DNA from: a virus
Reading direction: 5' to 3' (one strand)
Virus record (IMG/VR): IMGVR_UViG_3300009034_000007
Span: 1-64,000 of that record
DNA: 64,000 nt
Numbering within the stretch: position 1 is the stretch's first letter; every line of letters starts with the position of its first letter. A program made the position numbers and the translations under genes. This document shows, in pieces, positions 9,802 to 19,035 of this stretch. The notes under the pieces are model-generated. The model was not told the DNA's origin. It saw nothing but the letters and a program-made list of their open reading frames with translations, and searched no databases.

Positions 9802-10079
9802 ACGCGTGTACGCGTGCGCGTACGTTAATTAAAAGGAAAGACCCAAATCCAAGCATAGTACAGAGTACTTGCATAGAACTTGGGTTTTTGGTACTTCTAA
9901 ATAGAACTCCGTTTTTGAGTACCCGCTACTTATACATTTAGGTACTTAGTAATTTGTACAATGTAGATGGTTCTTATCCACTATATTCCCCAAATAAGGT
10001 CTAATTAGTCCGAATATTTCGGCGTTTTTCAATTCCATCCAAAACTCGTATGTAACAGGCCAATGGTCAAAATTGAAAA

Positions 10080-10685
10080 TTAGGCCATAAATTCAAGTTG
10101 ATTAATAAAATCTTCCCAATCCGTATTCAGTAAGTTGATACAAAGACAGTTATTTCCCTCCCTTGCTAGTATCTTGGTAGAAGTACCAGGAATGTTATCT
10201 CCTTTCTTTCGATACTCACACTTTTTCATTAGATTATCATGATCAATAAAGCCACTTATGTCAAACTCAACATCGTTTTTAAGCCATTTTAAACTTTGCT
10301 TATAATTTGAGGGTAGGTTTAATCTAGAACAAATGTACAAATCAGAGGTACATTGACTAGGATATAATAATAAACTTCTAGCATTATATCTAACAGATTT
10401 TATATTAACAATTTGCTTTACATTTTTAATATCCCGTCCATCATCAGCACGATTAACATAAATATCAAAATCCAATTCGATTTCTATTCCGAATAGAGAC
10501 CGTAGGAAATTTTGAAAAGCTAATTCACCCAATTTTCCCATAGCAACATCAGCTAATTTTTTAGTGAGAGGTCTTTGTAAATCATCTCTACAAAAATCTC
10601 TACCATCTTTTTTATTCTCCCAAAATTTTAAGGCGAATTCAAAAGCTTTTTTTCTATCGTCTAGGGATAACACGTTATTCATCAT
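10080..10685 (-). CDS. putative PD-(D/E)xK restriction-endonuclease-fold protein
   Basis: GKLGELAF...DDGRD...VNIKS pattern. Confidence 0.5.
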   Translation of the reverse strand: MMNNVLSLDDRKKAFEFALKFWENKKDGRDFCRDDLQRPLTKKLADVAMGKLGELAFQNFLRSLFGIEIELDFDIYVNRADDGRDIKNVKQIVNIKSVRYNARSLLLYPSQCTSDLYICSRLNLPSNYKQSLKWLKNDVEFDISGFIDHDNLMKKCEYRKKGDNIPGTSTKILAREGNNCLCINLLNTDWEDFINQLEFMA

Positions 10686-10907
10686 TTAAGTCCGATTTAA
10701 TGGCTGGTATTTACCATCATATACTGCTCCAACTATCTTCATCATATCCTCACCTAAGTAAACTACGGTAGCACATGTAGGACAATTCGTTTTATACCAC
10801 GCCCTACCAATCTTATCAGTTGATTTCCACATTCTTCCACTCAATAGTGTATTACAACGTGGGCATCTTGGTCTTACACTAACTATATGTTCGCTACCTT
10901 TTCCCAT
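10686..10907 (-). CDS. zinc-ribbon protein
   Basis: CPRC...CPTC; start moved to MGKGSE. Confidence 0.55.
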   Translation of the reverse strand: MGKGSEHIVSVRPRCPRCNTLLSGRMWKSTDKIGRAWYKTNCPTCATVVYLGEDMMKIVGAVYDGKYQPLNRT

Positions 10908-11368
10908 TTCACACTTCCTTTGCCTAAACTTGCTGGACCAAAAGCACAAGGTAGAAGGTCTTTTAGTAACCATCTATTTTTTATCTCACCAGTTTCATCG
11001 ATGGCCATAATATCCATACGAGGTCCACCAAATTCATACTCAACCTGCCGACAAGCCCCACAAGATGTGACATCCCCTTTATTTCCCTCTGTACAAATAA
11101 CCATTGTCTCAATCCAAGTATACCCGTTACTCACAGCTTTAAAAATTGCTACTCTCTCAGCACATATTGTCAATCCATAGGAAGCATTTTCAATATTACA
11201 TCCTGAGTATACCGCCCTTTTTCGTGTGTCTGGATTAATAGCAATAACAGCACAACCCACTTTATACTTAGAGTATGGGGCATAAGCAAACTTTCTTGAT
11301 CTTAAGGCCATACCAATAGCCATACTTAGTTGATCCATTATTGACTCCTTTCTATCCTTAAAATTCAA
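10883..11368 (-). CDS. cdd: cytidine deaminase
   Basis: AYAPYS.YKVG, GCNIENASYGLTICAER, CGACRQ. Confidence 0.93.
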   Translation of the reverse strand: MNFKDRKESIMDQLSMAIGMALRSRKFAYAPYSKYKVGCAVIAINPDTRKRAVYSGCNIENASYGLTICAERVAIFKAVSNGYTWIETMVICTEGNKGDVTSCGACRQVEYEFGGPRMDIMAIDETGEIKNRWLLKDLLPCAFGPASLGKGSVKWEKVANI

Positions 11369-11820
11369 TCTCGGCTACAGGTGTACGTTTCATATCCTAT
11401 CTCCGCTAGATATAGAGCCTTCTCGATCTTTAGAGGCCATAGATTTGTGGGAGTAACAAAAGTTCCATTTCCTCGTGTGTCAGTAATCCACCAGAACTCC
11501 TGTAAGGCTTCATGTAACGCTCTGTACCCTGAACACCCATCTACCCCTAGATTATCATCCAAGACTGATGCACGTTTCTCAATAGTTCTCATGACAAAAA
11601 ATTGATCAGCATCTTCGATATCATCCATCACTAATGCGACAGCCTCATCAAGAAGATCGGCTATCTTTCCTTCCATAAAGGCTTCATAATCAGCCCATGC
11701 ATCGGGTGTTGGCTCTACAAAATTAGCATTAAGAACTTGATTACGACCTGCCACAAAACCAGTCACAAAACCTATTATTGTCCAAATCAAGACAGCTATT
11801 AACAACCTCGTACTCTTCAT
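11365..11820 (-). CDS. membrane-anchored hypothetical protein
   Basis: N-terminal hydrophobic helix. Confidence 0.65.
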   Translation of the reverse strand: MKSTRLLIAVLIWTIIGFVTGFVAGRNQVLNANFVEPTPDAWADYEAFMEGKIADLLDEAVALVMDDIEDADQFFVMRTIEKRASVLDDNLGVDGCSGYRALHEALQEFWWITDTRGNGTFVTPTNLWPLKIEKALYLAEIGYETYTCSRD

Positions 11821-12569
11821 TGTATATCCTCCATCCTTAGAATTCGTATCTCCATTTCATCCGCGTATTCCTTTACATCAATATATTTTTCCTCTGGAAT
11901 GTCAAAGACTGTACACTCTACTGGCCCATCAATCCAATTCTGCCACGCGGCACACATGTTAATTTTTTCCAGATAATGTATACCAACATGGCTCTTTGGC
12001 TCGATACCAGGAGTTGCCTCAGCTATGTCAGCAATCTCTAAATCAGGTTTAATATAAGTAATCTCACTAAAACGAATAGGTCTACGTCTTATTTTAAACT
12101 TATCAATAAAATCCCAATCTATATTATCTGAGTAACCTACATACGGACCTCGCTCATTAGCCAAATCCATAGCGGCTTTCCATGACATCCAACCTATATT
12201 AAACGCTACATCGTCACCAAAGTCTACACTTTTATCAGCTATATATTTCATTTTTAGAACTTCTAACATATCAGCAAAACCAAGAACATTGACACGTAAA
12301 CCCGAACTTCTATCGTTTTTCTGTAGTTTAAGGTTGTCTAAAGCCCTTATTCCTACACGGAGGACAGCTTCCATGTAGTCCCAATCGATTGTATACTCAT
12401 CATAAGTAAAACCTGCCAAGTTTAGATAACCTCTACCCTCATGAATGATAAATGCCTTCTCACCCATGATTTTTGTAACTTGTTTGATTACTTCCTCCTG
12501 AGTAGCACTATTGACTTCGTTCTTGGCTACTTGGATTGCTGTCTGTGCTGAGTGCCTTAACCAATTCAT
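11817..12569 (-). CDS. truncated, degenerate ribonucleotide reductase large-subunit-like protein (C-terminal half barrel)
   Basis: GYLNL, IRALDN, LGFADML, LANERGPY, ATPGIEP, AAWQNWID match NrdJ/NrdA C-terminal motifs in order; catalytic NPCxE and the CNL cysteine are absent. Confidence 0.7.
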   Translation of the reverse strand: MNWLRHSAQTAIQVAKNEVNSATQEEVIKQVTKIMGEKAFIIHEGRGYLNLAGFTYDEYTIDWDYMEAVLRVGIRALDNLKLQKNDRSSGLRVNVLGFADMLEVLKMKYIADKSVDFGDDVAFNIGWMSWKAAMDLANERGPYVGYSDNIDWDFIDKFKIRRRPIRFSEITYIKPDLEIADIAEATPGIEPKSHVGIHYLEKINMCAAWQNWIDGPVECTVFDIPEEKYIDVKEYADEMEIRILRMEDIQ

Positions 12570-12981
12570 CGTCTACCCTCACTAAACGTTGTGGTAATGA
12601 CATCGGAATAATATGTAGCGTAGCTACCGTGGCTCCTATTGGCATGATAACCCGATCATCGGTAGAATTCATTAAAAATAAACGAACTTCAAGATCGATA
12701 TCAGGAAACATAAGCCCATCTCCCATCAATACTGTTAATTCATGATTTGGCTTAAAAAGACCTAAGTATCCTGGAGGTATGTAAAATTTCAAACCAGGAA
12801 ATATCACTTTCCAGTCTCCAGATTTTATGAAAATATCATGAAACGTCCGAATTAAAATACTATCCTGAAGTATAATCGGATCAAAAGCACGTTCGTCAGT
12901 CTTTACGTAAGTTATTTCTTCAATTGTTGGCCATACAGTAAAATTAATATTGCCACCAAAATACTGCGGCTTGTTATCCAT
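12508..12981 (-). CDS. degenerate trimeric dUTPase-like protein
   Basis: GLKFYIPPGYLGLF..., LFLMNS...IGATVATLHIIP fold pattern; AGxDL, RSG, GxIDxDY and motif V lost. Confidence 0.6.
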   Translation of the reverse strand: MDNKPQYFGGNINFTVWPTIEEITYVKTDERAFDPIILQDSILIRTFHDIFIKSGDWKVIFPGLKFYIPPGYLGLFKPNHELTVLMGDGLMFPDIDLEVRLFLMNSTDDRVIMPIGATVATLHIIPMSLPQRLVRVDDELVKALSTDSNPSSQERSQ

Positions 12982-12982
12982 T

Positions 12983-13183
12983 TTATTCCTCCACTTTACC
13001 GATCCTGACTTTTGCTACCTTATCAACAGGTAAAAATTCCTCCTCGTCCAAAAGGCTACCAGGAACTTTATACCATAACCCTTCCATAACAATACGTTTA
13101 GCATACTCCCTGGCTTTTTCAACGGTTACTACTGTCCATTCAAATGTAGTATTCCATATTGTATACGCCCTCACATAAAACAT
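12983..13183 (-). CDS. hypothetical protein
   Basis: 66-aa ORF with AGGAG RBS. Confidence 0.6.
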   Translation of the reverse strand: MFYVRAYTIWNTTFEWTVVTVEKAREYAKRIVMEGLWYKVPGSLLDEEEFLPVDKVAKVRIGKVEE

Positions 13184-13184
13184 T

Positions 13185-13517
13185 TTATTTCTCCTTTAAC
13201 AATTCATACAGATATCCTTGTGCGTTGAAAATTATGGCGCATAAAATTTTTTCCAAGTCCTGTTCTACAGCCTTCTTAGAAAAACCTCGATGATGTAACC
13301 ATAAATCTAAAACATGTCGCAACTCAGATTTCATGTATTGATCTTTTGGTATTCCTTTTTGCCAGTTGTCACTATCTCTTAATCCTCCATCAGTTTGCAA
13401 CCGATGTTCATGCATGTACTCTCCAAATCTTTCTACTACTAATGGAGAATAAAAGCCCTCATAATCATATTTATCCAGATCATCATCACGTGTTGCACCA
13501 GTTTCAAATTTTCTCAT
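13185..13517 (-). CDS. dATP/dGTP diphosphohydrolase N-terminal domain (DUF5664-like) protein
   Basis: FETGATRD, DNWQKGIP, S.LRH, A.IFNA. Confidence 0.7.
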   Translation of the reverse strand: MRKFETGATRDDDLDKYDYEGFYSPLVVERFGEYMHEHRLQTDGGLRDSDNWQKGIPKDQYMKSELRHVLDLWLHHRGFSKKAVEQDLEKILCAIIFNAQGYLYELLKEK

Positions 13518-13526
13518 GAATCTCTC

Positions 13527-14090
13527 CTATTTAATTATGTCCAGTAATTGTTTTATATTTTCAATTCTAATTACATCATCATCATAATAATCTACACTCC
13601 ACTCTCTTACTAGATGAATCATTTGGGTAATATCTTTTAATTCTTCTATAACTCCCACTCGATCATCTACATAATATGACGGTTTCAAAAGTGATATTAT
13701 ATCACGCTTCCCACCATTTGTAGTAAAAATACGATCTGGCGTGTTACTTGGAAGCTCTGACCATGCAAACCAATCGTATGTGGTTGGAATAAGATCATCT
13801 TTTCGGGCTGTTAAATAGAAAATATCACAATATTCCGCAAGTTTCCACAGAACATCATAGGCATCTGGAAGTAGCTCTTCAACCGCATAAAGAGTTCGTT
13901 TTCCTACCAACATTTCTTTGAAAGGCTCAGAGCAACCATAAAAGAATCCCTCTGGCCAGCCCCAAAATTGTGACATTGTGAAATCCTCTGGCACTAAATT
14001 AGCATCTTTAGCAAACGCCAAGACTAGTTCATGCCAGCCGTATATCACTCCGTCAACATCAAATCCGACTTTAAACCTTTGTTCAACCAT
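13527..14090 (-). CDS. HAD 5'(3')-deoxyribonucleotidase (NT5C-like)
   Basis: FDVDGV, LTAR, K, VDDR. Confidence 0.8.
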   Translation of the reverse strand: MVEQRFKVGFDVDGVIYGWHELVLAFAKDANLVPEDFTMSQFWGWPEGFFYGCSEPFKEMLVGKRTLYAVEELLPDAYDVLWKLAEYCDIFYLTARKDDLIPTTYDWFAWSELPSNTPDRIFTTNGGKRDIISLLKPSYYVDDRVGVIEELKDITQMIHLVREWSVDYYDDDVIRIENIKQLLDIIK

Positions 14091-14269
14091 TCGTTCAATA
14101 CCCTCGTTACAGTAATCTCTATACTTTCCTCTACTTGCGTACTTAATATCTCTATCGGCTCGTCACCATCTTGCAAAAAAAGTACAAGCATTTCATCAGT
14201 TACATCACTAACTATTTCTTCAATAACCTGATCTATAGTTTCTTCAAGATATGTCTGCAACATCTTCAT
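14045..14269 (-). CDS. acidic hypothetical protein
   Basis: 74-aa ORF in operon. Confidence 0.5.
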   Translation of the reverse strand: MKMLQTYLEETIDQVIEEIVSDVTDEMLVLFLQDGDEPIEILSTQVEESIEITVTRVLNEWLNKGLKSDLMLTE

Positions 14270-14555
14270 CTTCTCCAGTGGGTAAAATTGTTTGACCTTT
14301 TTCCCAATCTGCCCAATAGGTTTCTCCTGTCATTATATGAAGTGGTGGCTTATAATCTCCTTCACCACCATACTTATAATCAGGGAAGAAAATACGATAT
14401 TCTAGATCAATTTCAGGTTGTTTCAAAAGCCAATCAAGCAATCTATCAAATTTCGGAGGGGCTAAATCATCAGTGACACTCTCATGAATAAGTTCACCAT
14501 TAATATAGACCTCTTCCCAATCATCAACTCCTCTGAATAAAACTTGCATCTTCAT
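14244..14555 (-). CDS. hypothetical protein
   Basis: 103-aa ORF, GGAGG RBS. Confidence 0.65.
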   Translation of the reverse strand: MKMQVLFRGVDDWEEVYINGELIHESVTDDLAPPKFDRLLDWLLKQPEIDLEYRIFFPDYKYGGEGDYKPPLHIMTGETYWADWEKGQTILPTGEDEDVADIS

Positions 14556-14566
14556 TTCCGACCTCC

Positions 14567-14782
14567 TTATATTGAGCTTCCTATTACAGCAGGATTAAAG
14601 TATTCATATAATTTATTAAACCATAACAACCACTCCCAACCACCATAAATAAAATCGCTAATTGTCGATAGAAGTATTCCAAACGTAAATAACGCTAATA
14701 TCAAATACCCAATAAATCTAACAAATTTACGTTTACGACCAGTAAGAAATAATCCCCAAAGTATCACGACAATTTCCTTCAT
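14567..14782 (-). CDS. small membrane protein
   Basis: Hydrophobic segments, GGAGG RBS. Confidence 0.6.
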   Translation of the reverse strand: MKEIVVILWGLFLTGRKRKFVRFIGYLILALFTFGILLSTISDFIYGGWEWLLWFNKLYEYFNPAVIGSSI

Positions 14783-14791
14783 TCTAACCTC

Positions 14792-15160
14792 CTAGTGTCC
14801 TAGCTTTTGTTTGATATACTTGTTTGGCATATAACCTAATTCAAAGTAATCAAACTGTGCTACAAGATCAATTGCTTTAGCGTGCAACAACCTCAATATT
14901 CTATCTCTGCACTCTGAATCTCCATTTACTTGATCAATTGTTAACTTTGAATCCATCATCACAACAATATTTAACATGTTACGATTCAAACACCATGTCA
15001 AAGCCATAAGCAAAGATCGATATTCGGCCTGATTGCTTGTACCCAAGCCAAAGATATGTTGTTTATGTCCCACTAAATTTCCTCTGTCATCATACACTTT
15101 AAATGAGCCATAAGCTAATCCATCTCGCTTACCACCATCAGCTATTACTAGATGATACAT
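14792..15160 (-). CDS. rnhA: ribonuclease HI family protein
   Basis: ADGG, TSNQAEY, MDSKL. Confidence 0.8.
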   Translation of the reverse strand: MYHLVIADGGKRDGLAYGSFKVYDDRGNLVGHKQHIFGLGTSNQAEYRSLLMALTWCLNRNMLNIVVMMDSKLTIDQVNGDSECRDRILRLLHAKAIDLVAQFDYFELGYMPNKYIKQKLGH

Positions 15161-15959
15161 CCTCTAATACCTTTCTAGCCTCATCTACATATGCCTCGTT
15201 TATATCGAAGCCCAAATAATTTCTCCCTAACTTCTTTGCCTCAACTAGCGTTGTTCCTATTCCACACATCGGGTCTAATACCAAGTCATCCTCTCGACTG
15301 TACGCTCTTATGGCCCAATTAGCTAAACCATGTGCCATAGGTGCTGGATGATCTCTTTTAGTATCCTTATTTAAAATCAAGTAATTTGGTGGAACTTTCC
15401 CATCAGGATGAGGCGTAACCATCTTCCTCTCAGGAAACTCACCATCTTCCGTTGCTTGCATCTTATTGATTGGATACTTCATTCGTTTCAAACTTGATTC
15501 AGCATAAGATGTACGTACAGCATCCCGATAAAACTGTACAAGTTTTGGGTCACGACCAAAGACGAGATTATGTTCATACGCCGCGGGCGGTCGATTTTGA
15601 AACGCCTTTGGTAGATAAGAAGTCTTAAGCCACGGAAAATCCTCAATCAGAAATAAACTTTCATCAGCCTCTAATGCTAAAATTAGTTTATAGATGACGG
15701 TCATCTTTCTACCATCTTTATAACCTGACCCCGTATTCCACCAAATAACGCCTGTATCCTTCAACACAAATGATAAAGTCATAAGCATTGATATACAAAA
15801 TTCATACCAATCTTTCGGTGATTTAAAATAATCCCAAGCCTTTCCATATTTTCTAGCGTTATAATACGGAGGCGAGGTTACAACAAGATCGACGGCTTCA
15901 ACATTAGGAAATATAGTTAGCCAATCTTCAACATAAACATTATTAAGTTTGTACGCCAT
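15138..15959 (-). CDS. DNA N4-cytosine/N6-adenine methyltransferase (beta class)
   Basis: VTSPPY, HPAP, LDPMCGIGTT; start at MAYK. Confidence 0.9.
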   Translation of the reverse strand: MAYKLNNVYVEDWLTIFPNVEAVDLVVTSPPYYNARKYGKAWDYFKSPKDWYEFCISMLMTLSFVLKDTGVIWWNTGSGYKDGRKMTVIYKLILALEADESLFLIEDFPWLKTSYLPKAFQNRPPAAYEHNLVFGRDPKLVQFYRDAVRTSYAESSLKRMKYPINKMQATEDGEFPERKMVTPHPDGKVPPNYLILNKDTKRDHPAPMAHGLANWAIRAYSREDDLVLDPMCGIGTTLVEAKKLGRNYLGFDINEAYVDEARKVLEDVSSSNS

Positions 15960-16968
15960 AGTGCTTAATCCTTTCCGTTGCGTATTCAATTTGTTCTTCT
16001 GATGCATCAAACCCCATCCAGTCTACTCCATATTTTATAGCTGATACCGCTGTTGTTCCACTACCCATAAATGGGTCTAGGACTAAACCTGGATTCAACC
16101 AAAAATCCCAATGTCCTGACGGTGTTGGATGTTCACAGTGAGAAAAACTTTTAAAGTGTGGTAACATAGGTCTAGGTTTTCCGCACACAGGACAAACAAA
16201 TCGTGGACATGCCGCTTTAATCACCATATCAGTTAAACTTACAGGATATACAGCGAAGTTCTTTCTCCCATAAGACTTCATAAACGGCTCTGCCCCTTTA
16301 GGTGGAATAATAAACCATACATTCGCTCCCATCTTCGTCCCACTTCTAGTCTTAGCAGGTATCTTAGCCTCTTTATGATTGAAATAACCATATTTATCTT
16401 TAGTCATAAGATAAAGATATTCCCAAGATGTCATATATCTGTCTAGAATGGGTGACGGAGTCGCACCACCCATTGAATCCCCATCAGGCATTTGAATACC
16501 CTTAGCCCATATAATTTTGTCTCGAATAATAAATCCTTCATCCATAGCCAGAAACATCATCATTTCTGGAATACCAATAAAACTTTTTGGTGGCACGTCA
16601 ACATCCACATCAATAAACGCGAGATCACCATCCCAATCAGCATAACCACCAAAATTCGGTCCCTTGTTACTATCTAATGTATCCCGCCTCCCACGCTGTC
16701 GCCTCTTACCTTGTGAACGGCAGTCTCCAATGTTAAACCAAAAACTCCCTGTTGGTTTCATCACCCTCTTTATTCCTCTAAAAATAGGACGAAATTTCTC
16801 TACATAATCACGCGGCGATTTCTCAAACCCAAGATCAGAAACAAAATCATAATCTCTAGCTTGCCAATATGGGGGTGATGTAACGATAACATCAACCGAA
16901 TTGTCAGCTAATTCAGCCAAGCCATCTAAGACATCTATGCGGTAAAAATTATTCCGTTCTAAAGTCAT
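15943..16968 (-). CDS. DNA N4-cytosine/N6-adenine methyltransferase (beta class) with Cys-rich insert
   Basis: VTSPPYW, FNIGD, CPVCG, LDPFMGSGTT. Confidence 0.9.
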   Translation of the reverse strand: MTLERNNFYRIDVLDGLAELADNSVDVIVTSPPYWQARDYDFVSDLGFEKSPRDYVEKFRPIFRGIKRVMKPTGSFWFNIGDCRSQGKRRQRGRRDTLDSNKGPNFGGYADWDGDLAFIDVDVDVPPKSFIGIPEMMMFLAMDEGFIIRDKIIWAKGIQMPDGDSMGGATPSPILDRYMTSWEYLYLMTKDKYGYFNHKEAKIPAKTRSGTKMGANVWFIIPPKGAEPFMKSYGRKNFAVYPVSLTDMVIKAACPRFVCPVCGKPRPMLPHFKSFSHCEHPTPSGHWDFWLNPGLVLDPFMGSGTTAVSAIKYGVDWMGFDASEEQIEYATERIKHYGVQT

Positions 16969-17338
16969 TCAACTTCTCCCTAATTTCGGCAGTTTGCTTC
17001 TTTGAAAGCTGTCGCCATGTGGGATGGGGTGCATAAATGTGTTCGAGTTTAGCATCCACTAGACCAGCGTGTGCTACTGTTCCGCAAGCTAGTATCACAT
17101 CGGGTTTGATTCTGTAATACCATCTTTTGATATGTGCTGGATCAGCAGGAAAAGTAGCATTAGCATGATTACCAGTCTGAGGACTAGCATTTATTACACA
17201 TACCTCCATATCGTCAGGAATCATTTCGGCTAAACGTCTACCAGTCTGTGAATTCCATAAATCTTTCAGCCAACGCTTCCTCTTTCTAGGTTGCCCATCC
17301 CTATACCATGCACATTGAAGCACAACCAAAAGTTTCAT
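16949..17338 (-). CDS. uracil-DNA-glycosylase-superfamily-like small protein
   Basis: LVVLQ, SQTGRRL, IKPDVILACG.VA, APHP. Confidence 0.5.
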   Translation of the reverse strand: MKLLVVLQCAWYRDGQPRKRKRWLKDLWNSQTGRRLAEMIPDDMEVCVINASPQTGNHANATFPADPAHIKRWYYRIKPDVILACGTVAHAGLVDAKLEHIYAPHPTWRQLSKKQTAEIREKLNDFRTE

Positions 17339-17472
17339 TTTTCTTTTCTTCCCTTCTTACCTATAGTCCGAAGTATTGTAAAGATAGAACGTCCATCAAT
17401 CACCATTCTATCCCATGATTTTCGTTTCCTGTCACGTCGTTGCCAGCGTTTCTTGTCACGTTTTCTCGGCAT
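17335..17472 (-). CDS. small highly basic protein (45 aa)
   Basis: Manual translation MPRKRDKKRWQRRDRKRKSW...; fills the gap and couples to the next gene. Confidence 0.5.
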   Translation of the reverse strand: MPRKRDKKRWQRRDRKRKSWDRMVIDGRSIFTILRTIGKKGRKEK

Positions 17473-18178
17473 ATAAAATTTCTACTCTCTCTACTGCTAT
17501 ATTATAAATATCTTGATCAATCTCACTCCCAATAAATAGTCGATTGGTCTTGATACAAACTGCGGCAGTTGTCCCACTACCCATAAAAGGATCAAATACT
17601 AAATCGCCTTCCTCTGTGGTAGCTAAGACAATTCTTCGTATAAGTCTTTCGGGTTTTTGCCACTTAACCTCGCTAATTCGTTCAGACGACATAGTATGAA
17701 AATTGCCGATGTCGGTCCAAACATCCGTGGGCAACTTCTTACCCGTACCCTTAACATCAAGAGCCGTTCCAGCAGTTTTCTTTGGAATTTCGACATTTGT
17801 GGGATAAAATTTATAAGACTTAGCTTTTGCATACCAAAGAACATCATCGTGTTTCCTTCCGAAAGCATTTTTAGGCCTCCCGCCCCAATCATAGGGCCAG
17901 ATTATCCAGTTAATAAATTTATCTCTACCGAACAAATGATCCATATATAATTTCAATTCGGCTACACTTCGTTGATCAGTCTGAACAAAGATACTACCAG
18001 TATCAGATAAATTGTCTCGACATAAGGGTAGCCATCGTGCAAAATCGAAATCATCATACACCATATCAGCATAAATAGTATCGGCTGATCTAAACCACCT
18101 TTCATTCATTATCTTAAGAAGATCGATACAATCAGCCCTATATAATTCTATTTCTGGTCTTACCCATACTTGAGTCAT
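17456..18178 (-). CDS. DNA methyltransferase (beta class) with atypical motif IV
   Basis: ADMVY in place of DPPY; QKPERL; FDPFMGSGTT. Confidence 0.85.
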   Translation of the reverse strand: MTQVWVRPEIELYRADCIDLLKIMNERWFRSADTIYADMVYDDFDFARWLPLCRDNLSDTGSIFVQTDQRSVAELKLYMDHLFGRDKFINWIIWPYDWGGRPKNAFGRKHDDVLWYAKAKSYKFYPTNVEIPKKTAGTALDVKGTGKKLPTDVWTDIGNFHTMSSERISEVKWQKPERLIRRIVLATTEEGDLVFDPFMGSGTTAAVCIKTNRLFIGSEIDQDIYNIAVERVEILYAEKT

Positions 18179-19035
18179 TATACAACTATCCTTGCTTTCT
18201 CTTGAAGTAAATCCATAAACTCCTCTTTTGTCCATCCAGCCTTGAAGAAATCACTGACATCATATCCCTCGTCAAATCCTTCAAAAGTATAGCCTCGAAT
18301 TAAAAAGCCTAAAATCTTACCAATTCGCCGTAAACCCTGTCTACCTCCAGCATCATTATCAAAGACGACATACATTCGGTCCAAGTGCATAAGCTTATGC
18401 ATCCAGAGAGGGTTGAAATGTCCTGCCCCCACACTAGAGGCTATAGCTGGAATGTTATTCTGTATACACATTATAGCATCTACTGGTCCTTCTGTCAAGA
18501 CCGTCCAATTAGTATTTTTGATACCATCCAAGTTGAAGGGAAGATTACCCAACCCACGATACCAATATTTCACCCTTTTTACACCATCTACAATTTTCCT
18601 ACATTGAAAGTTAGCTAACTTCCCTTCAACAATAATCGGGATGGTATACCACTCCCCCGTATAGCCTAGTTTAAACATATCAACTGTGCTATGAGTATAA
18701 CCCCTATTAGTAATCCAGTAATCTCGATGCTGTTTACCCAATTCGTAGAAAGAATCTAGTAATTGTCTACTGATTACATGGTGACGAACAGGAGGACGAT
18801 CAATATATAATCGTCTAGCAATAGGCTGACCTAAAATTTTTCTAGCCTCACCATATGACAATTCTTTAACTTTCGTCAACCATGTAAAAGCGTCACCATA
18901 AATACCTTTTGAATTCCAATAAAAGATATTTCTTTCGATATCAATAACTAAACTATCATGTTCAATAGTTTTAAGATATCGACCAGACCCCGTAATCGTA
19001 AAGTCCTCGGCAACAAGATCAATCACATCAACCAT
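18178..19035 (-). CDS. DNA primase (TOPRIM)
   Basis: LTEGPVDA, VFDNDAGG, YDVSD. Confidence 0.88.
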   Translation of the reverse strand: MVDVIDLVAEDFTITGSGRYLKTIEHDSLVIDIERNIFYWNSKGIYGDAFTWLTKVKELSYGEARKILGQPIARRLYIDRPPVRHHVISRQLLDSFYELGKQHRDYWITNRGYTHSTVDMFKLGYTGEWYTIPIIVEGKLANFQCRKIVDGVKRVKYWYRGLGNLPFNLDGIKNTNWTVLTEGPVDAIMCIQNNIPAIASSVGAGHFNPLWMHKLMHLDRMYVVFDNDAGGRQGLRRIGKILGFLIRGYTFEGFDEGYDVSDFFKAGWTKEEFMDLLQEKARIVV

